A DNA stretch of 61,583 nt, the filler included, from Stramenopiles sp. TOSAG23-3 (lineage: Eukaryota), in the NCBI GenBank assembly GCA_900128585.1. It is 12 parts of 12 records of this genome, joined end to end, with 100 filler letters (N's around TTAATTAATTAA, not from the genome) between each part and the next. Parts side by side here need not be neighbours in the genome. Positions count along the whole stretch, not along the records: positions 51,427 to 56,458 come from LT643633.1; positions 56,559 to 61,583 come from LT643634.1; 10 more parts are not named here. One strand, given 5' to 3'. The notes beneath the pieces are model-generated. The model searched no databases. It was not told the origin of the DNA and saw only the letters and a program-made list of their open reading frames with translations. Made by a program: the position numbers and the translations under genes. This document shows, in pieces, positions 54,316 through 61,583 of the stretch (positions are counted from its first letter, which is position 1; the number at the start of each line of letters is the position of its first letter).

Positions 54316-56052
54316 CTAATAAATCTGACTTTGTGGATTCACAAGTATGCGTTTCGTGCATTGCTCGACCATATTTACAATCTCATCTTCAAACTCCTCC
54401 AAATCCTTCAAATGTTTAATAGCGTTAGCGCCATTCGAAGTCAGGTAACCATTCAATACATACAGGTAATCCTGCATTCCCTCCCTTCCCTTTGCGTCAT
54501 TTAGGTAAGCTTTCAGAACCAGACTTTTCGCTTTCTCTTTTTTTTCTTCTGTATCTCCGGGGAAGAATGCTGTGCCCTGCAATTGGGACATCTGCTTAAA
54601 TGCTGCATAGTGACCTTTTAGCACTGCATTTTCTAACAACTTTACCGTTGCGCGATCGGGATCAGTTGCTTCGAACTGGTTTGCTTTAAGCTCAAGCCTA
54701 ATTTTACGATTTGTGCACTTCGTTATCCAGAGGCGCGTTTTGGCTAGCGCGAAGTTCGCGCCAGAATTTCCTTTTCTTGCAGCTACGCGCATCAAATAGG
54801 GCGATTGACTTATCAACTCTGGTACCACTAATTTGCAAAAGACATGTTCCATTTCATCTTCATTATCATTTCTCAGGAACTCACGGAAAACATTAAAGTA
54901 CGCTTTGAAGTCCTCTTCAGGCTTTCGGATAGAGTGTGACTGAAACTGTTCATCCAAAATACTACTCAGTTCAAGTTGCAATTTTCTCTTTTCGCTGTCC
55001 TTGTGCTTACGTGCATTAACGCGGAAAAGCTGCTTCCACTTGGGCAGATGACAACCGCGAAAGAGGAGACCAAGAATCATGTAGCTTTCACTCACTTTCG
55101 ATCCTGGGTATAATATATTCTTTATTGCCCATTCAAACGAAATAAGTCTACATGCTTTTGGTTTATTGTTTCTGGAGTAATGCTGCATATGCTGTTCCTG
55201 TGAAGCATACCAATCTTTGAGTTCTCGCTGTGCAATTACTCTACGGCAAAAACGTTGGATAATACATATGGGTACCACATCTGGCGGCGGCGGCGGCGGC
55301 GGCGGCGCGTGTATCAGTTCCAGATGCAAAGTGGCTGCGTTTTGGATACAGTAGTCTGCAAGTGTTCGCTGCCCGTCCTCCAGCTGCGTCCCATTGAAGA
55401 TCAATTTTTGCTTGTCAGGTGGGATACCGTTTTCGTCTTTGATCTTTTGCTTGACATCTTCAATCGTGTAGTTTTGCTTTACACTCAAAGTTATCGACTT
55501 CCCAGTCAAGGTCATAGAGACATAGATCTGGAAAGGTTTCTTTTTCTTCCATCTACCGAATGGCATACCGCCCAGCAAACGGCATTTTGCCTTAATTGTG
55601 GAAAGGTTGTGAATCCCAATCTCCCATAGCTTCGAGCTGCGATATGTTCGCAGGACTTTACTGCCGTACTGTAAGTACATTTCTTCCGTGATAAGACTTT
55701 TTTGACCCAAAGCTGTGAGTAGACCGTGCACTGAGTCACTCTTGCAGTCGGCTTCGACGAAGATCGTGGGACCATATGGCAGCTCGACAAACACCCCTTT
55801 AGGTATCTGACTTGCATCTAAAGAGGGTTTCCTCTCCTCCCCATCCCCAAAGGCTCCATCCGTAAACGACGTACCGTAAAACGGTGTAGAATACGCACTA
55901 TGATTAGAAAACACGTTTATGCGTTGGTGTGACTCAAAACATTTGGAGTTGTATAGCTTCCAGAATTCGACCCTCTGCGAGTACCGCGAGTCATGGGGCT
56001 TTTCGGATTGCCAAAAGCTTGAATGGGAATTTTCGTGAACGGCGTGAGCCAT
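54316..56052 (-). CDS. Protein with two ubiquitin-like domains, poly-Pro, IQ-like motif and Sel1-like helices
   Basis: Ubl1 ends KCRLLGG (to 55567); Ubl2 [13 protein letters not shown]....TIEDVKQKI....[26 protein letters not shown]...TLHL lacks [29 protein letters not shown] and AVLKGHYAA. Start codon uncertain (56052 or 56133). Confidence 0.8.
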   Translation of the reverse strand: MAHAVHENSHSSFWQSEKPHDSRYSQRVEFWKLYNSKCFESHQRINVFSNHSAYSTPFYGTSFTDGAFGDGEERKPSLDASQIPKGVFVELPYGPTIFVEADCKSDSVHGLLTALGQKSLITEEMYLQYGSKVLRTYRSSKLWEIGIHNLSTIKAKCRLLGGMPFGRWKKKKPFQIYVSMTLTGKSITLSVKQNYTIEDVKQKIKDENGIPPDKQKLIFNGTQLEDGQRTLADYCIQNAATLHLELIHAPPPPPPPPDVVPICIIQRFCRRVIAQRELKDWYASQEQHMQHYSRNNKPKACRLISFEWAIKNILYPGSKVSESYMILGLLFRGCHLPKWKQLFRVNARKHKDSEKRKLQLELSSILDEQFQSHSIRKPEEDFKAYFNVFREFLRNDNEDEMEHVFCKLVVPELISQSPYLMRVAARKGNSGANFALAKTRLWITKCTNRKIRLELKANQFEATDPDRATVKLLENAVLKGHYAAFKQMSQLQGTAFFPGDTEEKKEKAKSLVLKAYLNDAKGREGMQDYLYVLNGYLTSNGANAIKHLKDLEEFEDEIVNMVEQCTKRILVNPQSQIY

Positions 56053-56558
56053 ATATGCGTATGTTTGTGTGGGTTTTCTGTTGTACGTGCAATTTAATTT
56101 TCTATATCCAATAGTATAAATAATTGGTTTCATCAATTGATCGATTGCTATTTTTTAGAGAGAAGGTGTATGAAATTCAGCAACAATGTCTACTTCAATA
56201 AAAGAAGAACTGTAGTAGTGCGTGATGATATTAGTTGTGTTGTGTGATGAAAATAATTGTGTTGCGTTGCTTTTGTGATACATTGTCGTCGTTCTATTTA
56301 ATGCTGTGATGAGAATCCTGAATCCTGTTGGGCTCGTGGCTCTACTATCGTACTCCTCTTATATTCTACCTTTTTGTTTTTTTTGGAAAAATTCCATTTG
56401 ATAATACTACTGATCCTCTGTTCTACGTACCTGTAATATTGGAAATGTGCTGAGTTGGNNNNNNNNNNNNNNNNNNNNNNNNNNNNNNNNNNNNNNNNNN
56501 NNTTAATTAATTAANNNNNNNNNNNNNNNNNNNNNNNNNNNNNNNNNNNNNNNNNNNN

Positions 56559-57785
56559 CCGTGGCGCGGAATTCTCATCGACTCCGTTAATCATTTTCTT
56601 CCTGTCTCCAATATACTGAAAACAGTGTCTGTCATGGCAAAAAACAAAATGAATGTTCTTCATTGGCACATCACAGACAGTTACAGCTTTCCCTTTCAAA
56701 GCAAACTGTACCCTGAGTTGAGCGAAAAAGGGGCATGGCACCCAACGGCAACTTATTCTCACGAGGATGTGGCCACTGTTGAAAAATTTTCTCGCTACCA
56801 TGGCGTACGAGTGGTCATGGAGGTGGATCAACCGGGGCATGCGTATTCGTGGGGGCTCGGTAAACCCGGCATTACGATTGCTTGCCCCTCTGTAAAAAAA
56901 GACATTGGCCCTATAAATGTAGTCCCTTTCAACCCGACTCTCGATGAAACTTACGCCACGATTCTCGGAGTCATCAAGGAGTTGACCGATTTAGTGCCAG
57001 GGGAGCATTTGCATTTGGGGGGCGATGAGTTGCAATATGGGTGCTGGAACGAGAGTGCTGTGGTGCTGCGCTGGATGGAGGAAAATGATATTAAGTCGTT
57101 TGAAGAGGTTACAAAATATTTCTTTAGTCGCATTCGCAACTTTACAGAGGGCAAGCTAGACCGCAAAGCTGTAGTGTGGGAAGATCTGTTTTTGGATCCG
57201 GATGGCAACCTGAATTTGAACGCATCGGTTGTGCCTATACCACCAGAGAAAGCTATTGTTGAAGTTTGGACTAGCCCAGAGTACCTGCATGAAGTAGTAC
57301 AAGCGGGATACGACGCATTGTTGGCATATGGTTGGTACCTAGACAGGCAAGTACCCGTCGATAATGAGACGTCATGGTTTTGGGAAGATACGTGGCGATT
57401 TATGTACAAAAACGATCCGGAATCATCAAAAGAAAGAGAGGGAGGAATGGGCCATAAATTAGGCAAAGAATTTGCTATCGGCGAGAAAGATGGCGAGTCG
57501 CGAGTTGGCAATATTTTAGGAGGCGAAGCATCCATGTGGAGCGAACAGGTCGACCCAAGCGTGCTGGATGGTCGTGTCTGGCCTAGAGCATGCGCAGTAG
57601 CAGAACGGTTGTGGAGCCCCAAGGAAGTTCGGGATCTAGATGAAGCTTCCATCAGGTTAAATAAACATCGGTGCAGGCTAAATCACGAAACGGGCGTCTC
57701 CGCTGGGCCCATTTGGGCAGGGTTTTGTGCATCTGTATATTCGCCGAATACAGGGAATCGGGCTGAATATTACTTTGAATTGTAA
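56559..57785 (+). CDS. Beta-N-acetylhexosaminidase, GH20 (5'-partial)
   Basis: PWRGILID, KMNVLHWHITD..SFP, E.D.PGH, catalytic HLGGDE, WYLD, GGEASMWSE, WPRACAVAERLWS. Confidence 0.95.
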   Translation, partial: PWRGILIDSVNHFLPVSNILKTVSVMAKNKMNVLHWHITDSYSFPFQSKLYPELSEKGAWHPTATYSHEDVATVEKFSRYHGVRVVMEVDQPGHAYSWGLGKPGITIACPSVKKDIGPINVVPFNPTLDETYATILGVIKELTDLVPGEHLHLGGDELQYGCWNESAVVLRWMEENDIKSFEEVTKYFFSRIRNFTEGKLDRKAVVWEDLFLDPDGNLNLNASVVPIPPEKAIVEVWTSPEYLHEVVQAGYDALLAYGWYLDRQVPVDNETSWFWEDTWRFMYKNDPESSKEREGGMGHKLGKEFAIGEKDGESRVGNILGGEASMWSEQVDPSVLDGRVWPRACAVAERLWSPKEVRDLDEASIRLNKHRCRLNHETGVSAGPIWAGFCASVYSPNTGNRAEYYFEL

Positions 57786-57944
57786 ACGTGGTCCATCGAC
57801 TGGGCAGTTTTTTTCGTACCAGAGAGATTATTTATGTCCCTATCTAATTTGTATTAGAATATAATACAAGCATAATAAAACAATACATCACATACACACA
57901 GCACAAGTAAAGACAACAGGACCGTCGTCGATTTACAATTGACG

Positions 57945-58368
57945 AGTATCCTTGGCGCCGAATTGAAAAAGTGCAAAGGACTTTGTGTTAACTATTTGAA
58001 TCGCAAAGATCTTTATGAGAAAAGGCTTTTTTTACACTTTTAAAGAGTCAAACGTCTATTTAGATGCATACAATTGTGGTCGTACCATTCGTTTTTCTAA
58101 AACTTACAAAAGATAAATAAGTGTTCGGGTGGCGTTTGGTCGAAATCGTCCATTTCACTAAAAATTGTCCCTAGGAACCGAAATTCCAAGTCATTGGGGG
58201 ACAAACAATTTATAAACGTTCGTTGAGAACCGTGCACCGCCACCAAGACAATAATTGAATCTAAACTTATGCATCTATGCGTCCTCCTTGCTTTCTTATG
58301 TCTTTTTAGGCAGGAATGCTTCCATACTTTGAAAATCGAGTCGGATTTTTATTCGCGCCAAGGATACT
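57945..58368. mobile_element. Degenerate ~424-bp element bounded by inverted repeats
   Basis: AGTATCCTTGGCGCCGAAT (57945-57963) versus ATTCGCGCCAAGGATACT (58351-58368): reverse complements apart from one indel; non-coding interior; no clear target-site duplication. Confidence 0.55.
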
Positions 58369-58644
58369 GAACACTTTGTAGAACAGGTGTCTACGATCGC
58401 ATTTTACTTAAAGAGAAACAACGACGGTCGTCCTTTAAAAAATACCAAGTAATTGCTGTTATTAACATTTAGAGTGTTTATTAAAAAATGTATAAAAAGA
58501 AAAACAGGGGGTGTCAGTTCAAGAACCAAATCTTCGCTTGTAAATTTGAAACACTTAAGTTTACCAAACATGGAATATTTTATTTTATCTGACACAAATT
58601 CACACAATTTGCGCAAACAAATTATTCTTAAGAATCTTGTTTTT

Positions 58645-61581
58645 TTACACCACACTATCAGTACAAACATCTTTGAAATCGCAAAAATTGCAAGCAAATG
58701 AACTTGGTGTTGCCGAAAACTCCATGGAGTGAATTTTGTCGACAACTTGATCAAGTGTGTCAAACACTTTTTCAGTGTCTTCAGGTGTTGTTTTGACGAG
58801 GGCACGATGTCCGTTTTCAACGCCCTCTACAAAAATATTTGCCCCTGGACAAGCAATGCCGTACAGTTGAGGTTGTAAGCTGGTTCTTGCTAAGGCATCG
58901 ACTGCTGCCGCGCCCCTGTCACCAACTTTGTTCGATTTAAATTCTATAACATTGCCTTCTGAATCGATCATGTCAATAAATCCCTTCAAGCAGATGTTTT
59001 TGTTGCTCCGAAGAGGGATGTTAAATTCCGCTTCTATTGCAAGGGGGACAGGTTGAGCGGCGTATCGATTGACAAATGCTTCAATACCAGATACGCCTGC
59101 TTGTCGAAGTGTTTCATGATGATTTCTCGAGAAAAAACTGCCCACTTCTGAGCATTGTGACCACTCTTTGTCAAACAGATCAGTAAGTCCGTCAAGAATT
59201 TCCGGAATACTTGCAGATTCATCCTCTTCTCTCCGCTCCCAAAATATTTCCACAATTTCGTGCATCAGCTTACCATAAAGCATTATTGCACTGGGAAGGC
59301 CTGGAGCCACACACGCAATGTATTTAAAAAGGTATGCTTTTGGGCACCTTTGGTACTGATAGATTTGAGAGAAAGAGACATGTCGGAGACGTTCAGTTTG
59401 AGATTTGAAAGCTGCGGAAACTTCGCTTTCAGAAGTAAACGGAGCCACACTTTCCAAAAATGACTCCATCTGTTGGTTAGGGGACATCACTGCAGTGCCC
59501 TGCGCGCTTCTAGTTGTGCCGAGATTGCCACGATCGCACACCGAGTCAGGGTCAAGCCACATGACTTCCCCCAATGCGTCATCAAGCAACCAGCGACTTG
59601 GCTTCACCACACGCATTTCATTGTTGTACCGCTCGGCGGATGAGCTGGTCACAGAGAGAGCGGTATCTCTTGTGGCATGCTCGAAACGCTTCCACTCTTG
59701 GGCATTGTGCCAAAACGACGCAAGCCTAGCGTTTTTTGACTTCGCTACAGAAATATCAAAAGAAGTCGGAGTTATTTGTTCTTCAGGCAGCATCCCAGGG
59801 GGACCTCGTGTCCATATGCGCTGATTCATGGTCGAAGGCATTCGTCTCTGTGCCATGCCAAAGACGTGCAATGAATCGAAGATGTGGCCATCATCGCGGT
59901 TAGCCCCGCTGTTATCTTGCGAAGGATGGCTGCTGTCAAGGAATTCTGGTACATCCTTCACCAGAAGCACGTGCACTGTGGGGGCATCCCCGCTGATGTC
60001 CAATTCACGTGCATACGTACTGTTACACAATTTCCTTAATTTTCTAACGTTTCCACACCACCCATTTAACAATTCCACCAGCATTCCAATATTTTCGCCA
60101 TGAACCTCATCGCTCAGAGTGCTCGTTTCTTCAAACCGGCGCTCCCATCCTCGACTTTTCAAATAGTCTATCACTATAATTTGCACTTTTTCTGCACTAG
60201 TTTTACTCGTTCGATTCATACCTTTGTACAAAGCTACCCCTCGATTTATATCAGCGTATGCGCTTTTGAATTCAACGTCCGTGTGATCGAGCAAATCAGA
60301 CACAGAACTCCGAGTTTGCCTCGCACGAGAAAATAGCTGCACGACAGTTTCAAATGGGATATCTGGGTAGCTGCCAACGAGCAAAAACAAAACTTGGTCG
60401 ATCGTATGACGTTCTGTATCCACGGACGCATAGAAAACGACTACTTCAATGTATGCTAACAATACCCTTACGAACCCATCTTCAGCCAAGCTTTTGCGTA
60501 CAGGACCATGGGCATAAACAGGAACACCGCGACTATTCAAAATTCTATGTATTTGTTTGGCATCAGCTATGCGACGAGCAATCACAGCGACCTTCCCGTT
60601 TCGTGCACCTTTTCCAACGGTCGCCTTTGAGGCTTCAATATCTCTATTGACTAGGTTGTGCACTAGATTTAACTCCTGCGCAGCGGTCTTACATCGGTAA
60701 TGAACATGTTGCCGCGCTTTATTGAGAGCAGAAGGACGAGTTTTACTATAATCGTTCAAAAATTCTGACCCGAAGACTTCCCTCTCATGGTCCGGCATGA
60801 CAGTATTCACAGCTTCGCCAAAATATCGCGTGGGTTGCGAGTAATCCACGAAGCCGACAAAATCGCACCCTCGGTCACGTATGCATTCCGATAACGGTAC
60901 CCCCTTTACCTTTTGGTCCTCATCAGTGCCAGTACTGGTCTGAGCGACGCCCCTGAGTTCTGAAATATTTTGAACGTCCGGAACGCACACGTGCTTCAGC
61001 AGTCGGAGTTCCAGAACGCTTAAGTTTTCTAAACCACACGCCATAACGTATTTTCCAGCGGTAGGGTTATGCACTAATTTATTTTTCGTCAATGGTTCCT
61101 CCAGCGCCGAGTGGAGCCCCCCCCAGATCGTTGCTATATTATGCTCCTCACAAAGAGATTGAAAAAAATTGTAGGAGTGGCTCAGTTCCAATTGCTGACT
61201 ATAAAATAGCCTAGGCCACACTTTCTTGTTCAACTGGACAAAGTTTGTGAGCGACTCAGGTGATATACAGCTCTTGTGCATTTCGTCAAATAAACGGAGA
61301 AGTGAAGACAAATACATATCTGGAGCACCCTGGGGTCTGTATATATCCAGGGGGAAATCATGGAGGTGCCTACGCATGAACGAGCGCATGTCAGAATGCG
61401 AAAGCATTTCAGGCTGAGGGAGCGACCAGTGCTGAGACGTGCCCTCTGCTAACTCCGTGAAAAACGTGGAGTAAGTCTTCGCAGGTATTGTCGTGGGGAC
61501 TTTCTCCAATGACCTATAGTTACGGACCAGGCACAACATATCCGAGCCCTTCACATTAAGTTCATTGTGCAAATATTCGTA
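58645..61581 (-). CDS. Degenerate UvrD/SF1A helicase-like region fused to RecB-family PD-(D/E)XK nuclease with 4-Cys cluster (AdnA/AddB-like), 5'-partial
   Basis: Nuclease: SFSQI..YQRCP, G.LMH, IEAEF, LKGFIDMI, VIEFKS, QPQLY, CNFCDFKDVC. Helicase relics: KVAVIARR...LNSRGVP, GHIFDSLHVFGM...RMP, QEWKRFEHATR. Confidence 0.8.
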   Translation of the reverse strand, partial: YEYLHNELNVKGSDMLCLVRNYRSLEKVPTTIPAKTYSTFFTELAEGTSQHWSLPQPEMLSHSDMRSFMRRHLHDFPLDIYRPQGAPDMYLSSLLRLFDEMHKSCISPESLTNFVQLNKKVWPRLFYSQQLELSHSYNFFQSLCEEHNIATIWGGLHSALEEPLTKNKLVHNPTAGKYVMACGLENLSVLELRLLKHVCVPDVQNISELRGVAQTSTGTDEDQKVKGVPLSECIRDRGCDFVGFVDYSQPTRYFGEAVNTVMPDHEREVFGSEFLNDYSKTRPSALNKARQHVHYRCKTAAQELNLVHNLVNRDIEASKATVGKGARNGKVAVIARRIADAKQIHRILNSRGVPVYAHGPVRKSLAEDGFVRVLLAYIEVVVFYASVDTERHTIDQVLFLLVGSYPDIPFETVVQLFSRARQTRSSVSDLLDHTDVEFKSAYADINRGVALYKGMNRTSKTSAEKVQIIVIDYLKSRGWERRFEETSTLSDEVHGENIGMLVELLNGWCGNVRKLRKLCNSTYARELDISGDAPTVHVLLVKDVPEFLDSSHPSQDNSGANRDDGHIFDSLHVFGMAQRRMPSTMNQRIWTRGPPGMLPEEQITPTSFDISVAKSKNARLASFWHNAQEWKRFEHATRDTALSVTSSSAERYNNEMRVVKPSRWLLDDALGEVMWLDPDSVCDRGNLGTTRSAQGTAVMSPNQQMESFLESVAPFTSESEVSAAFKSQTERLRHVSFSQIYQYQRCPKAYLFKYIACVAPGLPSAIMLYGKLMHEIVEIFWERREEDESASIPEILDGLTDLFDKEWSQCSEVGSFFSRNHHETLRQAGVSGIEAFVNRYAAQPVPLAIEAEFNIPLRSNKNICLKGFIDMIDSEGNVIEFKSNKVGDRGAAAVDALARTSLQPQLYGIACPGANIFVEGVENGHRALVKTTPEDTEKVFDTLDQVVDKIHSMEFSATPSSFACNFCDFKDVCTDSVV

Positions 61582-61583
61582 CC

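Noticed and set aside
50061..61581. CTC1, GTPase/Ubl and helicase-nuclease forming one genome-defence cluster
   Set aside because: They lie on three separate contigs ordered only by length.

Overview
This window is not one locus. It holds 12 unlinked eukaryotic contigs of 5,025-5,051 bp, sorted by decreasing length and joined by artificial 100-nt spacers (N44-TTAATTAATTAA-N44), so gene neighbourhood across spacers is meaningless. Genes appear mostly intron-free, GC-richer than the very AT-rich, microsatellite-laden intergenic DNA, and the content suggests a heterotrophic protist, probably a stramenopile/SAR single-cell or metagenome assembly (inference). Recognisable genes: ZIFL-like MFS transporter, giant LamG+IPT/TIG surface protein, COQ10, mitochondrial FabF/OXSM, S10 serine carboxypeptidase, GH43-like protein, ankyrin protein, profilin, kinesin-3-like motor, PSMG4, roadblock dynein light chain, Hsp70, type II PI4-kinase, CTC1 and GH20 hexosaminidase. 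Most interesting: (1) an AdnA/AddB-like protein with a degenerate UvrD helicase and an intact Fe-S RecB-family nuclease; (2) an Hsp70 with an N-terminal NLS + RRM-like domain; (3) a probable >1,500-aa Ubl(GG)-Ubl-IQ-Sel1-like-GTPase protein that reassembles once an inversion marked by a 79-bp inverted duplication is undone; (4) a short dispersed inverted-repeat (MITE-like) family next to gene 3' ends; (5) a profilin with an apicomplexan-style beta-hairpin. All family calls are by motif recognition only; no searches were run.
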